A stretch of DNA of 64,000 nucleotides, from the NCBI RefSeq assembly GCF_009914755.1, contig NC_060936.1, one strand, 5' to 3'. The translations under genes and the position numbers were made by a program. Source of the stretch: the human T2T-CHM13v2.0 reference genome, Homo sapiens. Below, piece by piece: positions 14,401 to 29,400 of the stretch. The first letter of the stretch is position 1. Every line of letters starts with the position of its first letter. The notes under the pieces are model-generated. The model did no database searches. It saw only the letters and a program-made list of their open reading frames with translations, and was not told the DNA's origin.

Positions 14401-17400
14401 ATGTGTACATTCAAATCACAGAGTTGAACCTTTCCTTTGAAACAGCAGTTTTGAAACACTCCTTTTGTAGGATCTGCTTGTGGATATTTGGAGCTCTTTG
14501 AGGAATTCAGTGTAAACGGGATATATTCACATAAAAAATGGAAGCATTCTCAAAAACTACTTTGTGATGTGTGCATTCTACTCACAGAGTTGAACCTTGC
14601 TTTTGAGAGAGCAAATGTGAAACAGTGTTTTTGTAGTATTTGCAAGTGGATATTTGGGGTGACTTGAGGCCTATGGTGGAAAAGGAAATATCTTCACATA
14701 AAAACTACACTGAAGCATTCTCAGAAACTGCTTTGTGATGTGTGCATTCAACTAAAAGAGTTGAACCGTTCTTGTGATAGAGCAGTTTTGAAACACTCCT
14801 CTTACAGGATCTGCAAAAGTTCACTTTGAGCGCTTAAAGGCCTATGTTGGAAAACGAAATATCTTCACATAAAAACTAGACTGAAGCATTCTCAGGAACT
14901 ACTTTGTGATATGTGCATTCAGCAAACAGAGTTGAACCTTTCTTTTGAAACAGCAGTTTTGAAACACTCTTTTTGTAGAATCTGCAAGTGTTCATTTGGG
15001 GCACTTTGAGGCCTCTGGTGGAAAAGAAAATGCCTTCACCTAAATACTCGACAGAAGCATTCTCAGAAACTCCTTTGTGATGTGTGTGTTGAATTCACAG
15101 AGTTGAACCATTCTTTTGATAGTACAGTTTTGAAATACTCCTTTTGTAGGATCTGCTTGTGGATATTTGGAACTCTTTGAGGAATTCGTTGTAAACGGGA
15201 TACCCTCACATACAAACTAGACAGAAGCATTCTCAGAAACTGCTTTGTGATGTGCGCATTCAATTCACAGAGTCGAGCCTCACTTTTGAGAGAGGCATTT
15301 GAAACAGTCTTTTTGTAGAATCCGCAGGTGGATATTTGGAGTGATTTGAGTCCTATTGTGGAAAAGGAAATATCTTCACATAAAAACTAGACAGAAGTTT
15401 TCTCAGGAACTACTTAGAGATGAGTGCATTCAACTAACAGAATTGAACTTGTCTTTTGATAGAGCAGTATTGAAACACTCCTTTTGTAGAATCTGCTTGT
15501 GGATGTTTGTAACTCTTTGAGGAATTCCTTGAAAATAGTTATCTTCACATATAAACTAGACAGAAGCATTCTCAGAAAGTTCTTTGTGATGTGTGTAATC
15601 AACTCACAGAATTGAACTTTCCTTTTGATAGAGCAGTTTTGAATCAGTTCTTTTGTAGATCTGCAAGTGGATATTTGGAGGGATTTGAGGCCTATGGTGG
15701 AAAAGAAAATATCTTCACATAAAAACTCGTCAGAAGATTTCTCAGAGACAGCTTTGTAGTGTGAGCATTCAAGTCACAGAGGTGAGCCTTCCTTTTGGGA
15801 GAGCAGTTTTGAATCACTCTATTTGTAGTATCTGCAGGTGGATATTTGGAGCGATTTGAGTCCTATGGTTGGAAAGGAAATATCTTCACATAAAAACTAG
15901 ACAGAAGCATTCTCAGGTACTTCCTTGAGATGTTTGCATTAAACTCACAGAGTTGAACCTTTCTTTGGACAGAGCAGTTTTGAAACACTCCTTTTAAGGG
16001 ATCTGCAAGTGTTCACTTTGAGCCCTTTGAGGCCTATGGTGGAAAAGGAAATATCTTCACATAAAAAGCAGACAGAAACATTCTCAGAAACTTCTTAGTG
16101 ATGTGTGCATTCAACTCCCAGAGTCGAACCTTTCTTTTGATAGAGCAGTTTTGAAACACGCCTTTTATAGGATCTGCAATAGTTCACTTTGAGTGCTTTA
16201 AGGCCTATGGTGGAAAAGGAAATATATTCACAGAAAAACCAGACAGAAGCATTTTCGGAAACTTCTTCATGATGTGTGAATTCAACTCACAGAGTGGAAC
16301 CTTTCTTTTGATAGAGCACTTTTGAAACACTCCTTTTATAGGATCTGCAAGAGTTCACGTTGAGCACTTTAAGGCCTATGTTGGAAAAGGAAATATCTTC
16401 AAGTAAAAACTAGACAGAAGCATTGTCATAAACCTCTTTGTGTTGTGTGCATTAGACTCACAGAGTTGAAACTTCCTTTTGTGAGAGCAGTTTTGTAACT
16501 GTCTTTTTGTAGAATCTGCCAGTGGATATTTGCAGCGATTTGAGGCCTCAGTTGGAAAAGGAAATATCTTCACATAAAAACTAGACAGAAGCAGTCTCAA
16601 ATTCCTTTGTGATGTGTGTGTTCAATTCACAGAGTTGAGCGTTTGTTTTGATAGAGCAGTTTGGAAACACTCCTTTTGTAGAATCTTCTTGTGGATATTT
16701 GGAACTTTTTAGGAATTCGTTGGAAACAGGATATCCTCACAAAAAAACTAGACAGAAGTATTCTCAGAAAGTTCTTTGTGATGTGTGCATTAAACTCACA
16801 GAGTTGAACCTTTCTTTTGATAGAGCAGATTTGAAACATTCTTTCTGTATAATCTGCAAGTGTTCATTTTGAGCGCTTTGGGTCCTATGGTGGAAAAGGA
16901 ATTATCTTCACATAAACTAGACAGAAGCATTCTCAGAAACTTTTTTGTGATGTGTGCATTCAACTCACAGAGTTGAACATTTCTTTTGATAGAGCAGTTT
17001 TGAATCACTCCTTTTGTGGAATCTGCTTGTGGATATTTGGAGCTCTTTGAGGAATTCGTTGTAAACGGTATATCTTCACATACAAAATAGACAAAAGCAT
17101 TCTCAGATACTGCATTGTGATGTGTGCATTCAACTCACAGAGTTGAAACTTCCTTTTGAGAGATCAGTTTTGAAACAGTCGTTCTGTAGTATCTGCAAAT
17201 GGATATTTGGAGCCATTTGAGGCCAATGGCCTCACATAATAAGTAGACAGAAGTACTCTCAGAAAATGCTTTGTGATGTTTGCATTGAACTCTCAGAGTG
17301 CAACATTTCCTTTGAAAGAGCTGTTTGAAACAGTCTTTTTGTAGAATCTGCCAGTGGATATTTAGAGAGATTTGAGGCTTATGTTGGAAAAGGAAATATC

Positions 17401-20400
17401 TTCTCATAAAAACTAGACAGAAGCATCCTCAGGAACTTCTTTGAGTTGTGTGCATTCAACTAACAGAGCTGAACCTGTATTTTGATAGAACAGTATTGAC
17501 ACACTCCTTTTGCAAAATCTGCTTGTAGATATTTGTAACTCTTTGAGGTATTCGTTGGAAACGGGTATCTTCACATAAAAACTAGACAGAAGCCTTCTCA
17601 GAAAGTTCTTTGTGATGTGTGCATTCAACTCAAAGAGTGGAACATTTCTTTTGATAGAGCTTTTTCATAACACACTTTTTGTAGAATCTGCAAGTGTGCA
17701 ATTGGAGCGCTTTGCGGCCAAGGGTGGAAAAGGAATTATCTTCACATAAAAACTAGACAGAAGCATTCTCAAAAACTCCTTTGTGATGTGTGCATTCAAC
17801 TCACAGAGTTGTACCTTTCTTTTGATAGAGCAGTTTTTAAACACACTTTTTGTAGGGTCTGCAAGTGTTCATTTAGAGCACTTTGAGGTCTATGGTGGAA
17901 AAGGAAATATCTTCACATAAAAACAAGACAGAAGAATTCTCAGAAACTTCTTTGTGATGTGTGCATTCAATTGACAGAGTTAAATCTTTCTTTTGATAGA
18001 GCAGTTTTTAAACACTCTTTTTGTAGAATCTAAAAGTGTTCATTTAGAGCGGTTTTAGGCCTATAGTGGAAAAGGAAATATCTTCACCTAAAAAATAGAC
18101 AGAAGCATTGTCATAAACTTTTTTTGATGTGTGCATTCAACTGACAGATTTGAACCTTTCTTTTGATAGAGCAGTTTTGAAACACTCGTTTTGTAGAATC
18201 TGCTTGTGGATATTTGGAGCTCTTTGAGGTATTCATTGTAAACGGTATATCTTCACATACAAAATAGACAGAAGCATTCTCAGAAACTGCTTTGGGATGT
18301 GTGCATTCAACTCACAGAATTGAACCTTCCTTTCGAAGGAACAGTTTTGAAACTGTCTTTTTGTAGAATCTGCAAGTGTTCCTTTGGAGCGCTTTGAAGC
18401 CTATGATGGAAAAGGAAATATCTTCACATAAAAACTAGAGAGAAGTATTCTCAGAAAGTTATTTGTGATGTGTGCATTCAACTCACAGAGTTGAGCCTTT
18501 CTTTTGATAGAGCAGTTTTGATACAGTCTTTTTGTAGAATCTGCAGGAGGATATTTGGAGCCATTTGAGGCCTATGTTGGAAAAAGATATATCTTCACAT
18601 AAAAATTAGACAGAAGCATTCTCAGAAAGTTCTTTGTGATGTGTGCATTCAACTCACGAAGATCAACCTTTCTTTCGGTAGAGAAGTTGTGAAACACTCT
18701 TCTGTAGAATCTGCAAGTGTTCATTTGGAGGGCTTTGAGGCCTACAGTGGAAAAGGAAACATCTTAACATACTATACAGAAGCATTCTCTGAAACTTCTT
18801 TGTGATATGTGCATTCAATTCACAGAGTTGAAACTTTCCTTCGTAAGAGAAGTTTTTAGACACTCTTTTTGTATAATCTGCAAGTGTTCATTTAGAGCGC
18901 TTTGTTGCCTATTGTGGAAAAGGAAATATCTTCACATAAAATCTAGACAAAACCACACTCAGAAACTTCTTTGTGATGTGTACATTCAACTCAGAGAGTT
19001 GAAACTTCCTTTTGTGAGAGCAGTTTTATAATAGTTTTTTGTACAATCTACCAGTGTATATTTTTAGCGATTTGAGACCTATGTTGGAAAAGGAAATATC
19101 TTCACATAAAAACTATACAGAAGCATTTTCAGGAAATTCTTTGTGATGTGTGTTTTCATCTAACAGAGCTGAACCTTTCTTTTGACAGAGCAGTTTTAAA
19201 ACACTCTTTTTGTAGAATCTGAAAGTGGATATTTGGAGCGATTTGAGTCGTGTGGTGGAAAAGGAAATATCTTCACATAATAACTAGACAGAAGGATTTT
19301 CAGAAACTTCTTTGTGATGTGTGCATTCAACTCACAGGGTTGAAGTTTCCTTTTGTGAGAGCAGTATTTTAATAGTCTTTTTGTAGAATCTGTCAGAGGA
19401 TATGTGGAGCGATTTGAGGCCTATGGTACAAAAAACGAGACAGAAGAATTCTCAGGACCTTCTTTGAGGTGAGTGCATTCAACTAACATAGTTGAACCTG
19501 TCTTTTGATAGAGCAGTATTGAAATACTCTTTTTGTAGAATCGGCAAGTGTTCATTTACAGAGCTTTGAGGCCTGTGGTGGAAAAGGAAATATCTTCAAA
19601 TAAAAACTAGACAGAAGCATTCTCAGAAACTGCTTTGTGATGTGTGCATTCAACTCTCAGAGTTGAAACTTCCTTTTATGAGAGAAGTTTTGTAAGAGTC
19701 TTTTTGAACCATCTGCCAGTGTATATTTGGAGCGATTTGAGGCCTATGTTGGAAAAGGAAATATCTTCACATAAAAACTAGACAGAAGCATTCTCAGGGA
19801 CTTCTTTGTGATATGTGCACTCAGCTAACAGAGTTGAACCTTTCTTTTGACAGAGCAGTTGTGAAACACTCTTTTGGTAAAATCTGCAAGTGTTCATTTG
19901 GAGCGCTTTGAGGCTTATGGTGGAAAATAAAATATCTTCACATAAAAACTAGACAGAAGCATTCTCAGAAATTCCATTTTGACGTGTGTGTTCAATTCAC
20001 AGAGTTGAACCTTTCTTTGATAGAGTAGTTTTGAAACACTCCTTTTGAAGAATCTGCTTGTGGATATTTGGATCTCTTTGAGGAATTCGTTGGAAACGGT
20101 CTATCTTCACAGAAAAAGTAGACAGAAGTATTCTCAGAAAGTACTTTGTGATGTGTGCATTCAACTCACAGAGTTGAACCTTTCTTTTGATGGAGCAGAT
20201 TTGAAACGTTCTTTCTCAATAATCTGCAAGTGTTCATTTTGAGCGCTTAGAGGCCTATGGTGGAAAAGGAAATATCTTCACATAAAAACTAGACAGAAGC
20301 ATTCTCAGAAACATTTTTGTGATAAGTGCATTCAACTCATAGATTTGAACCTTTCTTTTTATAGAGAAATTTTGAAACACTCCTTTTGTAGAATCTGCTT

Positions 20401-23400
20401 TTGGATATTTGGAGCTCATTGAGGAATTCTTTGTAAACGGGATCTCTTCACATACAAATTAGACAGAAGCATTCTGAGAAACTGCTTTGTGATGTGTGCA
20501 TTGAATTCACAGAGTTGAACCTTTCTTCTGAGAGAGCAGTTTTGAAACAGTGTTTTTGTAGTATCTGCAAGTGGATATTTGGAGCGATTAGGGGCCTATG
20601 GTGGAAAAGGAAATATCTTCACATAAAAACTGGACAGAAGTATTCTCAGGAACTACTTTGAGATGTGTGCATTCAACTAACAGATTTGAACCTGTCTTTT
20701 CCCACAGCAGCATTGAAACACTCTTTTTGGAGAAAATGCAAGTATTCATTTACAGCGTTTTGAGGCATATGGTAGCAAAGGAAATATCTTCACATAAAAA
20801 TTAGACAAAAGCATTCTTTGAAAGTTCTTTGTGATGTGTGCATTCAACTCAGAGAGTTGAACATTTCTTTTGAAAGGGCTGTTTTGAAACATTCTATTGT
20901 AGAATCTGCAAGTGTTCATTTGGAGCGCTTTGAGGTCTAAAGTGGAAAAAGAAATATCTTCAAACAAATACTAGTCATAAGCATTCTCAGGCCCTTCTTT
21001 GAGATATGTGCCTTCAACTAACAGAGTTGAATCTGTCTTTTGATAGAGTAGTATTGAAACACTCTTTTTGAAGTATCAGCAAGTGTTCATTTAGAACGCT
21101 TTGAGGCTTATGGTGGAAAAGGAAATCTCTTCACATAAAAACTACACAGAGGCATTCTCAGAAACATCTTTGTGATGTGTGCATTCAACAAAAAGAGTTG
21201 AAACTTCTTTTTGTGAGAGTAGTTTTGTAATAGTCTTTCTGTAGTATCTGCCAGTGGATATTTGAAGCGATTTGAGGCATTTGTGGGAAAAGGAATATCT
21301 TCACATAAAAACTAGACAGAATCATTCTCAGGAACTTCTTTGTGATGTGGGCATTCAGCTAACAGAGTTGAACTTTTCTTTTGATAGAGCAGTATTGAAA
21401 CACTCCTATTGAAGAATCCGCTTGTGGATATTTGGAACTCTAGGGGAATTCGTTGGTAACGGGCTATCTTCACAAAAAAGGTAGACAGAAGTATTCTCAG
21501 GAAGTTCTTTGTGATGTGCGCATTCAACTCACAGAGATGAACCTTTCTTTTGATAGAGCAGATTTGAAACACTCTTCTGTAGAATCTGCAAGTGTTCATT
21601 TTGAGCCCTTTGATGCCTACGGTGGAAAAGGAAATATCTTCACATAAATACTAGACAGAAGCAATCTCAGAAACTTCTTTGTGATGTGTGAATTCAACTC
21701 ATAGAGTTGAACCTTCCTTTTGAGAGAGCAGTGTTGAAACAGTCTTTTTGTAGAATCTGCAAGTGTTCATTTGTAGCGCTTTGAAGCCTATGTTGGAAAA
21801 GGAAATATCCTCACATAAATTCTAGACAGAAGCATTCTCAGAATGTTCTTTGCGATGTTTGCATTCAACTCACAGAGTTGAACCTTTCTTTTGATAGAGC
21901 AGTTTTGAAACGCTCCTTTTTTAGGATCAGCAAGTGTTCACTTTGTGCGCTATGAGGCCTGTGGTGGAAAAGGGAATATCTTCACATAAAAAAACTAGAC
22001 AGAAGCATTCTCAGAAACATCTTTGTGATGTGAGCATTCAACTCACAGAGTAGAACCTTTCTTTCGATAGAGCAGTTTTGAAACACTCGTTTTACAGGAT
22101 CTAAAAGAGTTCACTTTGAGCGCATTGAGGCCTACGGTAGAAATAAAATATCTTCACATAAAACCTAGACAGAAGCGTTCTCAGAAACTTCTTTGTGATG
22201 TGTGCATTCAACTCACAGAGTTGAAACTTCCTTTTGTGAGAGAAGTTTTGTATCAGTCTTTTCGTAGAATCTGCCAGAAGGTATTTGGAGCGATTTGAGG
22301 CCTATGTTGGAAAAGGAAATATCTTCACATAAAAACTAGACAGAAGCATTCTCTGAAAGTTCTTTGTGATGTGTGCATTCAGCTCACAGAGTTGAAACTT
22401 TCTTTTGATAGAGCAGTTTTGAAACACACTTTTTTTAAAATCTAAAACTGTTCATTTGGAGTGCTTTGAGGCCTATGGTGGAAAATGAAATACCTTTACA
22501 GAAAAAATAGACAGAAGTATTTTCAAAAACACCTTTGTGATGTGTGTGTTCAATTCACACAGTTGAACCTTTCTTTTGATAGAGCATTTTTGAAACACCT
22601 CTTTTGTAGAATCTGCTTTTGGATATTTGGAGCTCTTTGAGAAATTCGTTGTAAACGGGATATCTACACATACAAATTACACAGAAGCATTCTCAGAAAC
22701 TGCTTTGTGATGTGTGCATTCAACTCACAAAGTTGAACTTTCCTTTTGAGAGAGCAGCCTTGAAACAGTCTTTTTCTAGTATCTGCAAGTGGGTATTTGG
22801 AGCGATTTGAGGCCAGTGTGGAAAAGGAAATATCTTCACATAAAAACTAGTCGGAAGCATTCTCAGAAACTGCTTTGTGATGTGTGCATTCACCTCACAG
22901 AGTGGAAATCTTCTTTTGATACAGCAGTTTTGAAACATTCTTTTTGTAGAATCTGCAATTGTTCATTTGGAGCGCTTTGAAGCCACAGGTGGAAAAGGAA
23001 ATAACTTCACATAAAAACTAGACAGAAGCATTCTCAGGAACATCTTTGAGATGTGTGCCTTCAACTAAGGGTTGAACATCTTTTGATAATGCCATATTCA
23101 ATCACACCTTTTGTAGAATCTGTTTGTGGATATTTGGAACTCTTGGGGAATACGTTGGAAACGGGTATTTTCACATAAAAACTATTCAGAAGCATTCTCA
23201 GAAAGTTCTTTTTGATGTGTGCATTCAACTCACAGAGATGAACCTTTCTTATATAGAGTAGATTTGAAACTTTCTTTCTGTATAATCTGCAAGTGTTCAT
23301 TTTAAGAGCTTTGAGGCACATGGTGGAAAAGGAAATATCTTCACATAAAAAATAGACAGAAGCATTCTCAGGAACTTCTTTGATATGTGTGCATTCAACT

Positions 23401-26400
23401 AACAGAGTTGAATCTGTGTTTCGATAGAGCAGTATTGAAGCACTCCTTTTGTAGAATCTGCTTGTGGATATTTGGAACTCTTTGAGGAATTGGTTGGAAA
23501 CGAGTAACTTCATATAAAAACTAGACAGAAGCATTCTCAGAAAGTTTATTGTGATGTGTGAATTCAACTCACAGAGTTGTACATTTCTTTTGTTAGAGCA
23601 GTTTTGAAACACACTTTTTGAGGAACCTCCAGTTGTTCATTTGGATCGCTTTGAGAACTATGGTGGAAAAGGAAATATCTTCACATAAAAACGAGACAGA
23701 AGCAATCTCAGAAACATCTTTGTGATGTCTGTGTTCAATTCACAAAGTTGAACCTTTCTTTTGATAGAGCAGTTTTGAAACACTCCTTTTGTAGAATCTG
23801 CTTGTGGATATATGAAACTCTTTGAGGAATTCTTTGGAAACGGTCAATCTTTAGAAAATAACTAGACAGAGTATTCTCAGAAACTTCTTTGTGATGTGTG
23901 CATTTAACTCACAGAGTTGAACCTTTCTTTTGATAGAGGAGATTTGAAATATTCTTTCTGTATAATCTGCAAGTGTTCATTTTTAGTGCTTTGAGGCCTA
24001 TGGTGGAAAAGGAAATACCTTCACATAAAAACTAGACTGAAGCATTATCAGAAACACCTTTGTGATATGTGTGTTCAATTCACAGAGTTGAACTTTTCTT
24101 TTGAGAGCAGTTTTGAAACACTCATTTTGTAGAATCTGCTTGTGGATATGTGAATCTCTTTGAGGAATTCATTGGAAACAGGCTATCTTCAGAAAAAAAC
24201 TAGACACAATTATTCTCAGAAAGTTTTTTGTGATGTGTGCCTTCAACTCACACCCTTGATCCTTTCTTCTGATAGAGCAGATTTGAAACATTCTTTCTGT
24301 AGTATCTGTAAGTGGTCATTTGGAGCGCTTTGAAGCCTATGGTGGAAAAGGAAATATCATCACATAAAAACTAGACACAAGCATTCTCAGGATCTTTTTT
24401 GAGATGTGTGCATTCAACTAACAGAGTTCAATCTGTCTTTTCATAGAGCAGTATTGAAACACTCCCTTTGTAGAATCTACTTGTGAATATTTGGTACTGT
24501 TTGAGGAATTCGCTGGAAACTTGTGTCTTCAGAAACAAACGAGACAGAAGTATTCTTAGAAAGTTCTTTGTGATGTGAGCATTCAACTCACAGAGTTGAA
24601 CCTTTCTTTTGATAGAACGGATTTGAAACATTGTTTCTGAATAATCTGCAGTGTTCATTTTGAGTGCTTTGAGGCCTGTGGTGGAAAAGCAAATATTTTC
24701 ACATGAAAACGAGACAGAAGAATTCTCACAAACATTTTTGGGATGTGTGCATTCTACTCACAGAGTTGAAACTTCCTTTTGAGAGAGCAGTTTTTAAAGA
24801 GTATTTTTGTGCTACCTGCAAGTGGATATTTGGAGCGATTTGAGGCCTATGGTGGAAAAGGAAATATCTTCACATAAAAACTACACAGGAGCATTCTCAG
24901 AATCTGCTTTGTGATGTGTGCATTTACCTCCCAGAGTTGAGCCCTTCTTTTCATAGAGCAGTTTTGAAACAGTCTTTTTGTAAAATCTGCAGGTGGATAT
25001 TTGGAACTCTTTTAGGCCTATGATGGAAAAGGATATATGTTCACGTAAACACTAGACAGAAGCATTCTCCGGAACTTCTTTTTTTGTGTGCATTCATCTC
25101 ACAGAGTTGAACCTTTCTTTTGACAGAGCAGGTTTGAAACACACTTTTTGTAAAATCTGCAAGTGTTTATTTGGAGAGCTTTGAGGCCTATTGTGGAAAA
25201 GGAAATATCTCCACATAAAAACTAGACAGAAGCATTCTCAGAAACTCCTTTTTGATGTGTGTGTTCAATTAACAGTGTTGAACCTTGCTTTTGATAGTGC
25301 AGTTTTGAAACACTCCTTTTGTGGAATCTGCTTGTGTATATTTGGAACTCTTTGAGGAATCCGTTGGAAACTGTCTAGCTGCACAAAAATAGTAGACAGA
25401 AATATTCTCAGAAAGTTCTTTGTGATGTGTGCATACAACATACAGAGTTGAAAATTTCCTTTTATACAGCAGTTTTGAAACACACTTTTTGTAGAATCTG
25501 CAAGTGTTTATTTGGAGCGCTTTGAGGCCTATGGTGGAGAAGGAAATATCTTCTCATAAAAACTAGACAGAAGCATTCTCAGGAACTTCTTTGGGATGTG
25601 TGCCTTCAACTAAGAGTTGAACCTGTCTTTTGATAGAGCAGTATTGAAACACTCCTTTTGCAGAATCTCCTTTTGGATATTTGGAACTCTTGTGGAATTC
25701 ATTGGAAGAGGGTGTCTTCACATAAACGTAGACAGAAGCATTCTCTGAAACTGCTTTGTGACGTGTGCATTCAACTCAAAGACTTGAACCTTCCTTTTCA
25801 GATAGCAGTTTTGAAACACTGTTTTTCTAGTGTCTGAAAGTGGATATATGGAGTGATTTGTGGCCTATGGTGGAAAAGGAAATATCTTCACATAAACAAA
25901 TATCTCAGAAACTGCTATGTGATGTGTGTATTCACCTCTCAGAGTGGAACACTTCTTTTGATAGAGCAGTTTTGAAACAGACTTTTTGTAGAATCTGCAA
26001 GAGTTCATTTGGAGCGCTCTGAAGCCTATGGTGTAAAAGGAAATATCTTTACGTAAAAACTAGACAGAAGCATTCTCAAGAACTTCTGTGAGATGTGTGC
26101 ATTAAACTAACAGATTGAACGTGTCTTTTCATAGAGCAGTATTGAAACACCCATTTTGTGGAATCTGCTTGTGGATATTTGGAGCTCTTTGAGGTATTCG
26201 TTGTAAATGTGATATCTACACATACAAAGTAGACAGAAGAATTCTCAGAAACTACTTTTTGATGTGTGCATTCAGCTCACGGAGTTGAACCTTCCTTTTA
26301 AGACAGCAGTTTTGAAACACTCTTTTTGTAGTATCTGCAAGTGGATATTTGGAGCGATTTCAGGAATATGATGGAAAATGTAATATCTTCACATAAAAAC

Positions 26401-29400
26401 TAGACAGAAGTATTCTCAGAAACTGCTTTGTGATTTGTGCATTCACCTCACAGAGTTGAACATCTCTTTTAATGGAGCAGTTTTGAAACACTCCTTTTGT
26501 AGAATCTGCTTGTGGATATTTGGAGTTCTTTGAGAAATTCGTCGTAAACAATATATCTTAACATACAAACCAGAAGCATTCTCAGAAACTGCTTTGCGTT
26601 GTGTGCATTCAACTCATAGAGTTGAACCTTCCTTTTGAGAGAGGAGATTTGAAACAGTGTTTTTGTAGTATCTGCAAGTGGATATTTGGAGCGATTTGAG
26701 GCCTATGGTGGAAAAGGAAATATCTTCACATAAAAACTCGATAGAAGCATTCTCACAAACTGCTTTGTGATGTTTGCATTCAACTCAGAGTTGAACCCTT
26801 CCTTTGATAGAGCAGTTTTGAAACAGTCTTTTTGAAGACTCTGCAAGTGTTCATTTGGAGCGCTTTGAGGCATATGGTGGAAAAGGTAATGTCTTCACGT
26901 AAAACCAGACAGAAGCATTCTGAGAAACTTTTTTGTGATGTGAGCATTCAATTCACAGAGTTGAACGTTTCTTTTGATAGAGCAGTTTGAAAACACTGCT
27001 TTTGTAGAGTCTGCTTGTGGATATTTGGAGCTCTGTGAGGAATTCGTGGTAAACGGGATATATACACACACAGTAGACAGAAGAATTCTCAGAAACTGCT
27101 TTGTGATGTGTGCATTCAACTCACAGAGTTGAAAAATTCCTTTTCACAGAGTAGCTTTGAAATAGTCTTTTTGAAGCTATTTGCAAGTGGATATTTGCTG
27201 CGATTTGAGGCCTATGATGAAAAGGGAAATATCTTCATATAAAAACTAGACAGAAGCATTCTGAGAAAATTCTTTGTGATGTATGCATTCAAATCACAGA
27301 GTTGAGCCTTTCTTTTGTACAGCAGATTTGAAACACACTTTTTGTAGAATCTGCTATTGGATATTTGGAGATCTTTGAGGAATTCTTTGTAAAGGGGATA
27401 TCTTCACATACAAACTTGACAGAAGCATTCTCAGAAACTGCATTGTGATGTGTGCATTCAACTCAGAGAGTTGAACCTTCCTTTTGAGAGGGCAGTTTTG
27501 AAACATTCTTTTTGTAGTTTCTGCAAGTGTATATTTGGAGCGATTTGAGGCTTATGTTGGAAAAGAAAATATCATCACATAAAAACTAGACAGAAGCATT
27601 CTCAGAAACTGCTTTGTGATGGTTGCATTCACCTCACAGAGAGGAACCCTTCTTTTGGTGGAGCAGTTTTGAAACAATCTTTTTTTGTTTCTACATGTGT
27701 TCATTTGGAGCGCTTTGAAGCGTATGTTGGAAAAGGAAATATCTTCACATAAAAACTAGACAGAAGCATTCTCAGGAACTTCTGTGAGATGTGTGCCTTC
27801 AACTCACAGATTTGGACCTGTCTTTTGATAGAGCAGTTTTTAAACGCTCCTTTTTTAGAATCTGCTTGTGGATATTTGGAACTCTTTGGGAAATTCTTTG
27901 GAAATGGGTACCTTCACATAAAAACTAGACAGAAGCATTCTCAGGAAGTTCTTTGTGATGTGAGCATTTAACTCACAGAGTTGAACATTTCTTTAGGTAG
28001 AGCAGTTTTGAAACACAGTTTTTGTAGAATCTGCAAGTGTTCATTTGGAGCGCTTTGAGGCCTATGGTGGAAAAGGAAATATCTTCACATAAAAAATAGA
28101 CACTAGCATTCTCAGAAACACCTTTGTGATGTGTGTGTTCAATTTACAGAGTTGAAACTTTTCTTTTGATAGAGCAGTTTTGAAACACTATTTTTGTAGA
28201 ATATGCTTGTGGATATTTGGATGTCTTTGAGGAATTCATTGTAAATGGGATATCTTCACCTACAAACTAGACAAAAGCATTCTGAGAAACTGCTTTGTGA
28301 TATGTGCATTCAACTCAAAGACTTGAAACTTCCTTTTGAGATAGCAGTTTTGAAACATTCTTTTTCTAGCGTCTGAAAGTGGATATATGGAGCGATTTTT
28401 GGCCTATGGTGGAAAAGGTAATGTCTTCACATAAAAACTAGACAGAAGCCTTCTGAGAAACTTTTTTGTGATGTGTGCATTCAATTCTCAGAGTTGAACG
28501 TTTCTTTGATAGAGCAGTTTGGAAACACGCTTTTGTAGAATCTGCTTGTGGATATGTGGAGCTCTGTGAGGAATTTGTGGTAAACGGGATATCTACACAT
28601 ACACAGAAGACAGAAGAATTCTCAGAAACTGCTTTGTGATGTGTGCATTCAACTCACAGAGTTGAATATTCTTTTAGACAGAGCAGCTTTGAAACAGTCT
28701 TTTTGAAGCTTTTTGCAAGAGGATATTTGCTGCAATTTGAGGCCTATGATGAAAAGGGAAATATCTTCATATAAAAAGTAGACAGAGGCATTCTGAGAAA
28801 ATTCTTTGTGATGTGTGCATTCAAATCACAGAGTTGAACCTTTCTTTTGGTAGAGCAGATTTGAAATACACCTTTGTAGAATCTGCTATTGGATATTTGG
28901 AGTTCTTTGAGGAATTCTTTGTAAAGGGGATAACTTCACATACAAACTAGACAGAAGCATTCTCAGAAACTGCATTGTGATGTGTGCATTCAACTCACAG
29001 AGTTGAACCTTCCTTTTGAGAGGGCAGTTTTGAAACAGTCTTTTGGTAGTTTCTGCAAGTGTATATTTGGAGCGGTTTGAGGCCTATGATGGAAAAGAAA
29101 ATATCATCACATAAAAACTAGACACAAGCATTCTCAGAAACATCTTTATGATGTCTGCATTCACCTCACAGACTGGAACCCTTCTTTTGTAGAGCAGTTT
29201 TGAAACAATGTTTTTTTGATTCTACATGTGTTCATTTGGAGCTCTTTAAAGCGTATGTTGGAAAAGGAAATATCTTCACATAAAAACTAGACAGAAGCAT
29301 TCTCAGGAACTTCTTTGAGATGTGTGCATTCAATTAACAGAGTTGAACCTGTCTTTTGATAGAGCAGTATTGAAACACTCCTTTTGTAGAATCTGGTTTT

